Below are positions 50,454 to 60,717 of a stretch of 64,000 bases of DNA, piece by piece. Both the position numbers and the translations under genes were made by a program. Under the pieces are notes generated by a model, which did not search any database, was not told the origin of the DNA, and saw only the letters and a list, made by a program, of their open reading frames with translations. Source of the stretch: an uncultured Marinoscillum sp. (GTDB taxonomy: Bacteria; Bacteroidota; Bacteroidia; Cytophagales; MED-G16); the NCBI GenBank assembly GCA_902626505.1, contig CACOFQ010000006.1, positions 1,382-65,381 of the forward strand, in the 5' to 3' direction. Within the stretch, counting starts at the first letter, position 1. Each line of letters opens with the position of its first letter.

Positions 50454-53400
50454 ATGTCAACTTCTGAAATAATTTCTATGTATAAAGACAGGCTCAAGGT
50501 TGTTGAGCTTCAATCAGAGGTTTCTAAAAAAAACAATGTTTATATCTCTGGTTTGTCAGGAAATCTTAATGTAATCGTTCCTTTAGCTATAACACAAAAC
50601 GATTCTATGAGTCATTGTTTTATTCTTAATGACAAAGAAAAGGCTTTAATTTACTACAGCAACCTTTGTAACTATTTAAAAAACGAAAAGGTTTATTTCT
50701 TTCCATATTCTTTTATAGCTCCTTATGATAACGAGCTTATTAATAACGCAAACGTTGTTATGAGAACTGAGGTAATTCAAGCGCTTATCCAGAAAAGAAA
50801 AGAAAAAACTTACATTGTCACTTACCCAGAAGCTTTATTTGAAATGTTTCCTGAGGAAAGGATTCAAAAAAAACTATCCCTAAGTTTAAAGAAAAAAGAG
50901 GGCGTCTCTTTAGACAAACTAACAGAAATGATTGAAGAAAAAGGGTTTAATAAGGTTGATTTTGTTAACGAGCCTGGAGAGTTTGCTTCGCGAGGAAATA
51001 TAATTGATGTTTTTTCATATTCTTATAAAAAACCTATTCGAATAGAATTAGATGGTGATGTTGTTGAAAGATTAAGATTGTTTAATGTTGAGTCACAACT
51101 TACAGAAGACGATGTTGGTTCTGTGAATATAACCTCAAACAAAAAACACGAGGGCGCATCTAGTAAACATGTAACCTTATTAAGTTTTTTAAAAGAAAAT
51201 TGGTGTGTTTGGAATGATGGAATTAGTTTATCCGCTAACATTATTGATAAAAAATATAAAGAAGCTGAAAAAGTATATAGTGATATTAAAAGAAAAAGTA
51301 AGGTTATGTTAAGTTTATCTCCTAAAAGAATTTTTCTTAGTAAAAAATCTTTTTTAAAAGAAATAAACTATTTTAAAATAATCCAGTTTGGTGGTGAAAA
51401 ATCAAAAAAGAGTAATTGTATAAAGTATAAATATAAAGCTAGCCCTCAACCAAACTTTAACAAAAACCTATCATTATTAGTTGATGATCTTAAGGAACAT
51501 AATTATAATAACTATAAACTAAACATATCTTTTCAATCTGAAGAACAATCTAGAAGGTTAGCCTCCTATTTCGAGTCAGTTGGATTTATTGTAACATACA
51601 ATAAACTGATTTCAAAAATGAGTGAGGGCTTCATAGATCACGAAACTAAAGAGGTGTTTTATACAGACCACGAATTATTTAATCGGTTTTTTAAACACAC
51701 CCACTCTCCAAAAATTCAAAAAAAACAAAAAAACCCAATAAAAGACAGAAACGAGTTAAAAGCGGGTGATTATGTGGTTCATATTGACCATGGTGTGGGA
51801 AGGTTTGTTGGTTTAGAAAAAATGAAATCGAACGAAATCGACCGTGAGGTTTTAAGGTTGGTTTACAAAAACAATGATGTTGTTTTTATAGATGTAAACT
51901 CTCTTCATAAAATCGCGAAATATTCAAGCTCAGGAAGCACTCCAACCCTAAACAACTTAAACAACCAAGAGTGGACCAGAAAGAAGAAAAAGATTAAATC
52001 AAAAATGGTTGATATGGCTAACGACCTTATTAAACTATATCTTAAAAGAAGAGAAGCTCAAGGGTTCTCTTTTCAAGAAGATAATTACTTACAAATAGAG
52101 CTTGAGTCTTCATTTGTTTACCAAGACACCCCCGATCAAATTAAAACAACAATAGAGGTAAAGAAAGATATGGAGAGTTCTTTTCCAATGGATAGGTTAG
52201 TTTGTGGTGATGTTGGTTTTGGAAAAACAGAAATTGCAGTCAGGGCTGCATTTAAAGCTGTCTGCTCAAACAAACAGGTTTTAATTTTAGTTCCAACAAC
52301 AATACTTGCATACCAACACTATAAAACGTTTCAAAAAAGATTAGAGCGGTTTCCTGTTACTTTAGATTATTTGTCTCGGTTCCGGTCAACAAAAGAAAGA
52401 AACAAAATTATTAAAGACTCTAAAGAGGGTAAGATTGATATTTTAATTGGAACACATTCTGTTTTAGGAAAAAAAATAAAATTTAAAGATTTAGGCTTGT
52501 TAATTGTAGATGAAGAGCAAAAGTTTGGTGTTGCTTTGAAAGAGAGAATCAAAAGACAAAAGCTCAACCTTGATTGTTTAACATTAACCGCAACCCCCAT
52601 ACCAAGAACCCTTCATTTTTCTTTAATTGGGGTTAGGGATATTAGCATAATTAGAACCCCCCCCACAAACAGACAAGCGGTACATACAGAGGTTTTGACT
52701 TTTAATGAAACAGAAATAAGAGACATTATAAATAACGAACTCTCTAGGTTTGGCCAGGTTTTCTTTGTTCATAATAGGGTTGAAAACATTTACGAAATTG
52801 CCAGCATAGTTCAAAAATTAGTTCCTAACGCCAAGGTTAAAGTAGCACACGGACAACTCAAAGGAGACGCGCTTGAAAAAACCATTTTAGAGTTTGTTGA
52901 TGGTAAGTTTGATGTTTTAATTTCAACTAACATAATTGAATCTGGTTTGGACATCCCTAATGCTAATACTATAATTATTAATCAAGCCCATATGTTTGGT
53001 TTATCCGACCTACATCAGATGCGTGGACGGGTTGGTAGATCAAACAGAAAAGCTTTTTGTAGGCTATTGGTTCCTAAGTTAAACAACCTGAATGTTGATG
53101 CTAAAAAAAGGCTATTAGCCTTAGAAGAATTCTCAAACTTAGGTGATGGTTTAAATATTGCCTTAAAAGACTTAGACATAAGGGGGGCTGGAAATTTGTT
53201 GGGAGGAGAACAGAGTGGTTTTATAAACGATCTTGGGTTTGAAACCTATAACAAAATTTTAGACGAAGCTTTAACCGAAATAGACTTGCCTAAAAAACAA
53301 AATAACATTCAAAGGTTTGTCACAAGCAACTGTTTGGTAGACACGCACGAAAAAGCTTATATACCAAAAGAATATATATCGAACTCAAACGAAAGGTTAA

Positions 53401-53783
53401 AAATGTATGGTTTGATTGAAGAAAAATCAAAAATGAATCTTTTTGATGAAATTATAATCGTATTTAAAGATCGTTTTGGCCCCCCGCCCAAAGAGCTTGA
53501 GCGTTTAATAGATGTTATGAAAATTAAAAACTACGCGTCTAAATTTGGTGTAGATAAAATTATAACAAAAAAAAGCAAGACGTCTTTTGTTTATTTCAAC
53601 AACAACAAAAACAATAAAGAAAAACAAGAAATGGTTTTAACAATGCTTGAAAAACTTACTAAAAGTGGTCACAAAACAAATGTAAAAGAGAAAAACTCCC
53701 AACTTTGTGTTATTACTAATTCTTTAGTTTCTGTTAAAGAAACGTTAGTTTTTTTAAAAAAAAACACAAAAAAAACACAATAA
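50454..53783 (+). CDS. mfd: Transcription-repair coupling factor
   Basis: PGEFASRG, GDYVVHIDHGVG, CGDVGFGKTE, DEEQKFG, TATPIPRT, QMRGRVGRS, DLDIRGAG. Confidence 0.97.
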   Translation: MSTSEIISMYKDRLKVVELQSEVSKKNNVYISGLSGNLNVIVPLAITQNDSMSHCFILNDKEKALIYYSNLCNYLKNEKVYFFPYSFIAPYDNELINNANVVMRTEVIQALIQKRKEKTYIVTYPEALFEMFPEERIQKKLSLSLKKKEGVSLDKLTEMIEEKGFNKVDFVNEPGEFASRGNIIDVFSYSYKKPIRIELDGDVVERLRLFNVESQLTEDDVGSVNITSNKKHEGASSKHVTLLSFLKENWCVWNDGISLSANIIDKKYKEAEKVYSDIKRKSKVMLSLSPKRIFLSKKSFLKEINYFKIIQFGGEKSKKSNCIKYKYKASPQPNFNKNLSLLVDDLKEHNYNNYKLNISFQSEEQSRRLASYFESVGFIVTYNKLISKMSEGFIDHETKEVFYTDHELFNRFFKHTHSPKIQKKQKNPIKDRNELKAGDYVVHIDHGVGRFVGLEKMKSNEIDREVLRLVYKNNDVVFIDVNSLHKIAKYSSSGSTPTLNNLNNQEWTRKKKKIKSKMVDMANDLIKLYLKRREAQGFSFQEDNYLQIELESSFVYQDTPDQIKTTIEVKKDMESSFPMDRLVCGDVGFGKTEIAVRAAFKAVCSNKQVLILVPTTILAYQHYKTFQKRLERFPVTLDYLSRFRSTKERNKIIKDSKEGKIDILIGTHSVLGKKIKFKDLGLLIVDEEQKFGVALKERIKRQKLNLDCLTLTATPIPRTLHFSLIGVRDISIIRTPPTNRQAVHTEVLTFNETEIRDIINNELSRFGQVFFVHNRVENIYEIASIVQKLVPNAKVKVAHGQLKGDALEKTILEFVDGKFDVLISTNIIESGLDIPNANTIIINQAHMFGLSDLHQMRGRVGRSNRKAFCRLLVPKLNNLNVDAKKRLLALEEFSNLGDGLNIALKDLDIRGAGNLLGGEQSGFINDLGFETYNKILDEALTEIDLPKKQNNIQRFVTSNCLVDTHEKAYIPKEYISNSNERLKMYGLIEEKSKMNLFDEIIIVFKDRFGPPPKELERLIDVMKIKNYASKFGVDKIITKKSKTSFVYFNNNKNNKEKQEMVLTMLEKLTKSGHKTNVKEKNSQLCVITNSLVSVKETLVFLKKNTKKTQ

Positions 53784-53828
53784 GCTTTTAGTTTATTTGT
53801 TATTTCTTCTCAAGAACTGATTTTTTTG

Positions 53829-53836
53829 TATTTTTG
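53829..53836 (+). promoter_or_regulatory. Bacteroidota -7 element (TATTTTTG) for gldJ
   Basis: TAnnTTTG about 30 nt upstream of the ATG. Confidence 0.5.
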
Positions 53837-53865
53837 ATAAAAATTTATAACCACAAAAGTTAGTT

Positions 53866-55080
53866 ATGAAAAACGTTTTTGTTTATATGTTTCTGTGTTT
53901 TGTTGCTTTTGGGTGTTCGGTACTTCCCTTTGGAAACTCTAACCCCTCTGCAAGAAACCCCGGCTCAACTAGCACAACAACTAATTTAGAATATTTTTCT
54001 GACTCGTACGCTGAAGAGGATGAGGAAGGGTTCACAGTTGCTGATTTTGGGGGGCAACCTCCAGGACCAAACCAGGTTTTAGTCCAAGGGGGGCGTGCTG
54101 TTTTGGGAACATATGAAGAAGATGTGTTTTATACACATGATAACGTTGAAAGAACTGTTACGGTGCAATCTTTTTTTCTGGACCAAACAGAAATAGCTAA
54201 TATACACTGGTTAGAGTACCTTCATTATATTGGTAGAGACTCAAGCGAAACATATTACCAAAGTGCTCTACCAGATACTACTGTGTGGGAAAAAGAACTT
54301 GCTTTCAATACACCTTATGTAAGTAATTATTTAAGGTATCCTGGTTTTAGATATTATCCTGTTGTTGGGGTAAGTTGGGAACAAGCTGTTGATTATTGTA
54401 GGTGGAGAACAGAAGCTGTCAATAAACAAAGGGCTATGGAATATTTTGGAGAAGATTATATTGATGGAGACATTCCACCTATTGAGTCTGGTATTTACCT
54501 TCCTGAGTTTAGGTTACCAACCGAAGCAGAATGGGAATACGCCGCATATGGACAAATTGGTGATCAGTGGTTAGATGAAAACCAAACACAAAGAAGATTA
54601 TACCCTTGGGATGGAAGAACAATAAGAAGCTCTAAAAGAGGAAATGTTGGAAAGTTTCAGGCAAACTTCAAAAGAGGGAGAGGGGATTATGCTGGTATAG
54701 CTGGAGCGCTTAATGATGCGGGGTTTGTAACTATGAACATTTACGAATACGCCCCAAATGATTTTGGCTTATACAATATGGCTGGTAATGTTAATGAGTG
54801 GGTTTTTGATATTTACAGACCATTAAACTTTCAAGATATGGAAGATTTAAACCCTATTAGAAAAAGTGACTTCCTAGATTCGGAAGAAAATTATGACTCA
54901 GAAAACTTTAACTCTATGGTAAGTAATAAGTCCAGAGTTTATAAGGGTGGTTCGTGGGCTGACGGTGCAATGTGGTTGTCTCCAGGAACAAGAAGGTTTT
55001 TAGATCAAGATTCTTCTTCAGCAACAATTGGCTTTAGGTGTGCAACAACAGCCTTGGGTACAGCGGGTAACTGGAACTAG
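53866..55080 (+). CDS. gldJ: Gliding motility lipoprotein GldJ-like (FGE-sulfatase/SUMF1 domain)
   Basis: Lipobox AFGC; LPDTTVW, YPVVGVSW, RLPTEAEWEYAA, ANFKRGRGDYAG, GLYNMAGNVNEW, RVYKGGSW, IGFRC; GldJ versus GldK not fully resolved. Confidence 0.7.
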   Translation: MKNVFVYMFLCFVAFGCSVLPFGNSNPSARNPGSTSTTTNLEYFSDSYAEEDEEGFTVADFGGQPPGPNQVLVQGGRAVLGTYEEDVFYTHDNVERTVTVQSFFLDQTEIANIHWLEYLHYIGRDSSETYYQSALPDTTVWEKELAFNTPYVSNYLRYPGFRYYPVVGVSWEQAVDYCRWRTEAVNKQRAMEYFGEDYIDGDIPPIESGIYLPEFRLPTEAEWEYAAYGQIGDQWLDENQTQRRLYPWDGRTIRSSKRGNVGKFQANFKRGRGDYAGIAGALNDAGFVTMNIYEYAPNDFGLYNMAGNVNEWVFDIYRPLNFQDMEDLNPIRKSDFLDSEENYDSENFNSMVSNKSRVYKGGSWADGAMWLSPGTRRFLDQDSSSATIGFRCATTALGTAGNWN

Positions 55081-55182
55081 AAGCGCTGATCGACCAAACC
55101 AAACTAATACAAATATATTTTCGTATAATATAGGTTAAAGTGTTTGAAACAAAACAGACACACAAATTTATACGATAACAAA

Positions 55183-55572
55183 ATGTTTGTAAAAATACCA
55201 TCAATTAAAGAGAATGTTTCTGTGGTAGAAAGCTTCATTGAAAATGTTGGTGAAAAAATAAGAATTGAAGAGTCTATATATGGCAATGTCTTGGTTTCGG
55301 TAACAGAGGCGGTAAATAATGCTATTGTTCACGGCAACAAAGAAGATAAAAACAAAAAAGTTAAGCTAGCGTTAAAACAAAACAAAAAAAGTGTGAGGTT
55401 TGTTGTTGAAGATGAGGGTGTTGGTTTTGATTTTGATAACTTACCCGACCCAACCAACCCCAAAAACATAGAAAAAGTAAAAGGAAGAGGTATTTTTCTT
55501 ATAAGGAGCCTTTCTGACAAAACAACTTTTAAACACGGCGGAAGAACAGTAGAAATGCTTTTCAAACTTTAA
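55183..55572 (+). CDS. RsbW-like anti-sigma/Ser kinase ATP-binding protein (HATPase_c_2)
   Basis: EAVNNAIVHGN, DEGVGF, GRGIFLI; start could be upstream at 55144. Confidence 0.85.
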   Translation: MFVKIPSIKENVSVVESFIENVGEKIRIEESIYGNVLVSVTEAVNNAIVHGNKEDKNKKVKLALKQNKKSVRFVVEDEGVGFDFDNLPDPTNPKNIEKVKGRGIFLIRSLSDKTTFKHGGRTVEMLFKL

Positions 55573-55573
55573 A

Positions 55574-56002
55574 ATGTATCTAACTAACTTTTTTTCTGAA
55601 AAAAAAGACTTTAAAGGTTACAACAAAAAAAGAATAAGGTCTTTGATAAAAGAAATTTCTAAGTTAGAAAGAAAGAAATTAGTTTTTATTAATTGTATTT
55701 TTTGCTCTGACAATTACTTACTAGAAATAAACAAAAAATATCTTCAACATAACGACTACACAGACGTAATTACCTTTGATCACAAGGAAAGCGCAGAAAA
55801 CATAGAGGGAGATATTTACATAAGCATAGACAGGGTAAAAGAAAACGCTAAAAAATACAAAGAAAATGAGGAAAAAGAACTTATAAGGGTAATAACACAC
55901 GGAACGCTACACCTTATTGGTTATAAGGACAAAACAAAAAAAGAAAAAGATATTATGACCCAAAAAGAAAATAAATATATTTCTTTGTACAAAAAACCAT
56001 AA
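55574..56002 (+). CDS. ybeY: rRNA maturation RNase YbeY
   Basis: INKKYL, TDVITF, GDIYIS, HGTLHLIGY. Confidence 0.92.
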   Translation: MYLTNFFSEKKDFKGYNKKRIRSLIKEISKLERKKLVFINCIFCSDNYLLEINKKYLQHNDYTDVITFDHKESAENIEGDIYISIDRVKENAKKYKENEEKELIRVITHGTLHLIGYKDKTKKEKDIMTQKENKYISLYKKP

Positions 56003-56018
56003 TGTTCCACGTGGAACT
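56003..56018. promoter_or_regulatory. parS centromere-like site (TGTTCCACGTGGAACT)
   Basis: 15/16 match to the TGTTCCACGTGGAACA parS palindrome, in the 24-bp ybeY-mnmG gap. Confidence 0.88.
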
Positions 56019-56026
56019 TTTCAATA

Positions 56027-57877
56027 ATGTTTGCAAAATATGATATAATAGTGGTTGGCGCTGGCCATGCAGGCTGTGAGGCTGCTGCTGCTGCTGCAAA
56101 TATGGGCTCAAAGGTTCTTTTGGCAACAATGAACATGGGCACTATTGCCCAAATGTCCTGTAACCCTGCGGTTGGTGGTGTGGCAAAAGGACAAATTGTG
56201 AGAGAAATTGACGCGTTAGGTGGTTTGACTGGTATAATCACAGATGAAAGCGCCGTTCAGTTTCGTATGCTTAATTTGTCCAAAGGTCCAGCGATGTGGT
56301 CTCCAAGAGCACAAAGTGATAGGGCTATGTTTGCTGAGAAGTGGAGGTCTTTGCTTGAAAAAAACAAAAACATAGATTTTTGGCAAGAAATGATCATGAG
56401 TATAATGGTTAAAAAAAACAAAGTTGTTGGTGTTAAAACATCGCTTGGTTTAGAAATTCAATCTAAGGCTGTGGTTTTAACAAACGGGACGTTTTTAAAT
56501 GGGGTTATACATGTCGGAGAAAAAAACTTTGGCGGTGGAAGAACGGGAGAAAAGTCTTCAAAAGGAATAACAGAACAACTTGAAGCGTTGGGTTTTGTGT
56601 CTGGTAGAATGAAAACCGGTACCCCTCCAAGGTTGGACGGAAGGACAATAAATTATGGTCTAATGGAAGAACAAAAGGGGGATGAGCGCCCTGGTCTTTT
56701 TTCTTTTAAGTCAAAGAAAGGTTTGAAAAAACAGCTTTCTTGTCATATTACATATACTAATAAAAAGACCCATACAATTTTAGAGGGTGGGTTTTCAAAG
56801 TCGCCAATGTTTAATGGAAGAATTAAAGCTATAGGTCCTAGATATTGCCCGTCAATTGAAGATAAAATTACTAGATTTTCTGAAAGAGACCGTCATCAAA
56901 TATTTGTTGAGCCAGAAGGGTGGAATACTGTTGAGGTTTATGTAAACGGGTTCTCAACCTCTCTACCAGAAGACACACAACTAAAAGCCTTAAGAAGTAT
57001 TAGGGGGTTTGAAAAGGTCAAAATGTTTAGGCCCGGTTATGCTATTGAATACGATTATTTTCCTCCAACCCAATTAGAACACACGTTAGAAACAAAACCA
57101 ATAGAAAACCTTTATTTCGCTGGGCAAATAAACGGAACAACCGGTTACGAAGAAGCAGCCTGTCAGGGATTGGTTGCTGGGATTAACGCACATAACAAAA
57201 TATTAAAAAAAGATCCTTTCGTTTTGTCTAGGTCCCAAGCATATATAGGTGTGTTAATTGATGATTTAATTAACAAAGGAACAGACGAGCCCTATAGAAT
57301 GTTCACTTCCAGGGCTGAACATAGGATTTTACTAAGACAGGACAATGCAGATATAAGACTTACGAGACTTGGTTATAAAATTGGGCTTGCTGATAAAAAA
57401 AGAATTGAAGAGTTACAAAAAAAAGAAAAAGATATTGCTTCTTTGGAAAAGGAGATAAAAACAGAAAAGCTAATACCTGAAAAAGTAAATAAGTTTCTTT
57501 GTTCTGTTGGTTCTGCAAAAATAAAAGAAAAAAAGACACTTAGAGCTCTTACAAAAAGACCGAATGTCTCTTTAAACGATTTATTGTGCATGGCTGAGTT
57601 AAAAAAAGACTATAAAAAAGAAGTTATTGATCAGGTGGAGATTAATTTAAAATACGAGAGTTACATAAAAAAAGAAACAGAGGTTGTTGAAAAAATTGAA
57701 AGGCTTGAAAACAGTAGAATACCTGCTTCTTTTAATTATTCAGGTGTTGCGTCGTTGTCAGCGGAGGGTAAAGAAAAGCTGAATAAAATAAAACCTAAGT
57801 CAATAGGTCAAGCTTCTAGAATTAGCGGGGTTTCTCCGTCTGATGTTTCGATTCTCATGGTTTATTTAAAAAAATAA
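56027..57877 (+). CDS. mnmG: tRNA uridine 5-carboxymethylaminomethyl modification enzyme
   Basis: VGAGHAGCEAA, MSCNPAVGG, KTGTPPR, GPRYCPSIEDK, GQINGTTGYEEAA, EPYRMFTSRAE. Confidence 0.98.
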   Translation: MFAKYDIIVVGAGHAGCEAAAAAANMGSKVLLATMNMGTIAQMSCNPAVGGVAKGQIVREIDALGGLTGIITDESAVQFRMLNLSKGPAMWSPRAQSDRAMFAEKWRSLLEKNKNIDFWQEMIMSIMVKKNKVVGVKTSLGLEIQSKAVVLTNGTFLNGVIHVGEKNFGGGRTGEKSSKGITEQLEALGFVSGRMKTGTPPRLDGRTINYGLMEEQKGDERPGLFSFKSKKGLKKQLSCHITYTNKKTHTILEGGFSKSPMFNGRIKAIGPRYCPSIEDKITRFSERDRHQIFVEPEGWNTVEVYVNGFSTSLPEDTQLKALRSIRGFEKVKMFRPGYAIEYDYFPPTQLEHTLETKPIENLYFAGQINGTTGYEEAACQGLVAGINAHNKILKKDPFVLSRSQAYIGVLIDDLINKGTDEPYRMFTSRAEHRILLRQDNADIRLTRLGYKIGLADKKRIEELQKKEKDIASLEKEIKTEKLIPEKVNKFLCSVGSAKIKEKKTLRALTKRPNVSLNDLLCMAELKKDYKKEVIDQVEINLKYESYIKKETEVVEKIERLENSRIPASFNYSGVASLSAEGKEKLNKIKPKSIGQASRISGVSPSDVSILMVYLKK

Positions 57878-57878
57878 G

Positions 57879-58700
57879 ATGTTGTGTAATATTTGTGGGT
57901 CAAAGAAAACAAGTCTAAAAACAGAAACCCAAGACTTTGCTTATTCTGGAAAACGTTTTAAAATAATAAAGTGTAATAATTGTAATGCGATGCAAACATA
58001 TCCTTTCCCAGAAAAAACAGAAAGATATTACGATACAAAAAATTATGACTCTTACAACACAAAAACCTCTTTTTTGGGGGGGTTGTACAGATTGGTTCAA
58101 AAAATAAATGTAAAATATAAACTCTCGTTGTTAAAAGGGGAGGGACCGAAGCTTTTAGATTATGGAGCTGGTTCTGGTTTTTTCGTTAACTACGCAAACA
58201 CAAAGGGTTATGACGCTTTTGGGTATGAGCCTGTTAATAAAACTAAAAACAGCCGAATATATAATAAAAAGACAGATTTCGAATCAAAAAAATATGACAT
58301 AATAACGCTTTGGCATGTGTTAGAACACACTAAAAACCCCGTAAAGCTTTTAAAAGATTTTAAAAAAACACTCAAAACAAATGGTGTTGTTGTTGTTGCT
58401 TTACCCAACACTGATTCATACGATAACTTTATTTATAAAAAACATTGGTCCGGATACGATGTTCCGAGGCACCTTTATCATTTTAATAAAGCCTCTTTTC
58501 GTTTTTTAGTTAAAAAGGTTGGTTATAGAATAGTAAAAACAAAACCTTTATATTTTGACTCTTTTTATGTTTCTATGCTTAGTGAAAAATATAAAAAAAA
58601 CCCTTTGTGGTTTATTTTTGGTTTTTTTAACGGTTTTTTATCTAATTTATTAGCCCTTTATTCCAAAAATCATTCTAGTATTATTTATATTATAAAATGA
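57879..58700 (+). CDS. Class I SAM-dependent methyltransferase with N-terminal CxxC pairs
   Basis: CNICG / CNNC, LDYGAGSG, LWHVLEH, DVPRHLYHF. Confidence 0.85.
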   Translation: MLCNICGSKKTSLKTETQDFAYSGKRFKIIKCNNCNAMQTYPFPEKTERYYDTKNYDSYNTKTSFLGGLYRLVQKINVKYKLSLLKGEGPKLLDYGAGSGFFVNYANTKGYDAFGYEPVNKTKNSRIYNKKTDFESKKYDIITLWHVLEHTKNPVKLLKDFKKTLKTNGVVVVALPNTDSYDNFIYKKHWSGYDVPRHLYHFNKASFRFLVKKVGYRIVKTKPLYFDSFYVSMLSEKYKKNPLWFIFGFFNGFLSNLLALYSKNHSSIIYIIK

Positions 58701-60436
58701 TTTATAGGTTCATTTGGGTAATTTCATTAATGTGTTTTGGTTGTGCTCAGATGAGGCCATTAACTGGTGGAGATAAAGACACAATACCGCCAAACATTAT
58801 TCAAACTACACCTAATAATTTATCCACAAACATTATAGGTAATGATTTTTATTTTGTTTTTGATGAGGTTATTGATGGGTCAAAACTTAAAGAAAAGCTG
58901 ATTATATCTCCTTTTTATGACGGGAATTTTGATTCTAAAATAAAAAAAAACACACTATTGTTAACCTTTGATTCTTCTTTTAATAAAGAAACAACTTACA
59001 TATTTAGCTTTGCAGACGGTATCTCTGATATAACCGAAGGAAACCCATCTATATATTCTAAGTTTGTTTTTAGTACCGGGAACAAAATAGACTCTTTTTT
59101 TGTCTCTGGCTTAGTTTTTGATCCTTTAGATAACGAGTTTCTAGAAGGCGCTGTTGTTGGTCTTTATAATGAGGAAGATAGTTTTGATTTATTTAAAAAG
59201 AAACCAACTTATTTTTCTTTAACAGATAAAAATGGTTTTTTTAAAATAGAAAATATAAAGTTAGGAAAATACACAATATACGCCTTTGCAGATGAGAATA
59301 AGAATTTTAAAGCTGAATATAAAGCTGAAAAGTTCGGTTTTGTTGGTTCTCCAATCGAGGTTTCTAAGTCCTTAGATAAGTTTCTTATTCCTGTATTTAA
59401 TGAGGATTTAACTCCTATCAGTATACAAAGAACAAGAAAAAGAGGTTCAATTTTTGATGTTGTTTATAATAAAAAAATTAAAAATTATACTATAGACAGG
59501 TCAGACTTGACACATTCTTTATACGATAACAATACGGTTTCTTTTTTTAATAAAAATAATAATTTAGATTCTGCATTAGTGATTTTATCAGCTTTCGATG
59601 AAACAAACAAAAAAACTATCGATACTTTTTATGTTCATTTTAGCAAAGAGAAAGAAAAAAACATAAAAATAAATAAGAAGTTTATTGTTGATTCAGACAA
59701 TGTTAACGATACTGTTACTTATATTCTAGAAACGAATGTACCGCTTAATGATTATAATTATAAATCTAACTTTTATATTGATACTGTTAAAGTACCTGAT
59801 TATTATTTTATAGATAAAAAAACAAAAAAAAATAATAATACAGTTGAAGGAAGTTTATTTGTTATTATAGACTCCATTAATGTTTTTTTGAAAAATTTAA
59901 AAGAAAAAATTACTAATGATAGTTTGGGGTTTGAAAGTGATTCTCTTTATAGAGCTTACAAAAGATATTATGGGCGGTTAAATACCAATAAAATAATATA
60001 TAAAATTAAAAAAGGAGAATTAATAACTTTTACGGGCGATACTTTAGGAGAAATAAAAAAAGATTTTAATTTAAAAGAAGATGAATATTTTGGAGGTGTT
60101 AATGGTTTAATCTCAGATAAAAAAAACAATGGTCCTTATGTTGTTAGTCTTGTTTCTGAAAACTTATCTAAAATATTAAAAAATGAAACAAAAGCCCCAA
60201 ATTTTAAATTTACAAAAATAGAACCTGGAAAATATTATTTAAAAATATTTAAAGATAAAAACAACAATAGAAGGTGGGACTATTATAGTATAACATCTAA
60301 AAAACAAAGTGAAACAATTTTATATTTCGAAGAATTAATAGAGGTAAGGTCAAATTGGTCAATTGAAGATATAATAGTTGATGTTGATTTACTTGTTGAT
60401 AAATTGTTTTTAGAAGACAGTTTGTTCGTTAATTGA
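58697..60436 (+). CDS. Ig-like (Big_5) domain lipoprotein
   Basis: Lipobox FGCAQ, LTGGDKDTIPP, FDE, DITEGN, FSTG. Confidence 0.75.
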   Translation: MIYRFIWVISLMCFGCAQMRPLTGGDKDTIPPNIIQTTPNNLSTNIIGNDFYFVFDEVIDGSKLKEKLIISPFYDGNFDSKIKKNTLLLTFDSSFNKETTYIFSFADGISDITEGNPSIYSKFVFSTGNKIDSFFVSGLVFDPLDNEFLEGAVVGLYNEEDSFDLFKKKPTYFSLTDKNGFFKIENIKLGKYTIYAFADENKNFKAEYKAEKFGFVGSPIEVSKSLDKFLIPVFNEDLTPISIQRTRKRGSIFDVVYNKKIKNYTIDRSDLTHSLYDNNTVSFFNKNNNLDSALVILSAFDETNKKTIDTFYVHFSKEKEKNIKINKKFIVDSDNVNDTVTYILETNVPLNDYNYKSNFYIDTVKVPDYYFIDKKTKKNNNTVEGSLFVIIDSINVFLKNLKEKITNDSLGFESDSLYRAYKRYYGRLNTNKIIYKIKKGELITFTGDTLGEIKKDFNLKEDEYFGGVNGLISDKKNNGPYVVSLVSENLSKILKNETKAPNFKFTKIEPGKYYLKIFKDKNNNRRWDYYSITSKKQSETILYFEELIEVRSNWSIEDIIVDVDLLVDKLFLEDSLFVN

Positions 60437-60700
60437 CTTTATTATAAAAATATCAATACTTTATTAACAGATATATATTAACATATTATTTTATTATTGA
60501 TATTATATATATATGTATCTAATTGATTAGCAATCTTTTATATGTATATAATATGTTTATTAAATATTAATATTTGTTATAAACATATCAACATTATATA
60601 TAATAAATATATTTTAATCCTTAATTAAATAATTAATTTATATAATAACAATGTTGAAAATTATATTTACAAAACACCTATAATTCATTAAGGAATTTTT
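60390..60700. other. Candidate chromosomal replication origin (oriC)
   Basis: Very AT-rich 281-bp gap with DnaA-box-like 9-mers: TGTTGATAA 60394, TTATTAACA 60461, ATATTAACA 60475, TTATAAACA 60577, ATATCAACA 60585, TGTTGAAAA 60652; within 5 kb of parS and mnmG. Confidence 0.6.
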
Positions 60701-60717
60701 GTATCCTTGTCTAAAGA

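Noticed and set aside
53866-55080. Formylglycine-generating enzyme or EgtB call
   Set aside because: Lacks the FGE catalytic Cys pair before RGGSW and has no DinB domain; the lipobox and LPDTTVW motif favour Gld proteins
55081-55182. Possible tRNA or ncRNA after gldJ
   Set aside because: No cloverleaf, T-loop motif or stable stem visible
55895-55930. YbeY third His replaced (HGTLHLIGYKD)
   Set aside because: As I recall, this Asp variant is common in Bacteroidota YbeY, so it is not evidence of inactivation
58820-58828. Perfect canonical DnaA box TTATCCACA
   Set aside because: Single copy inside a coding sequence 1.6 kb from the AT-rich gap; compatible with chance
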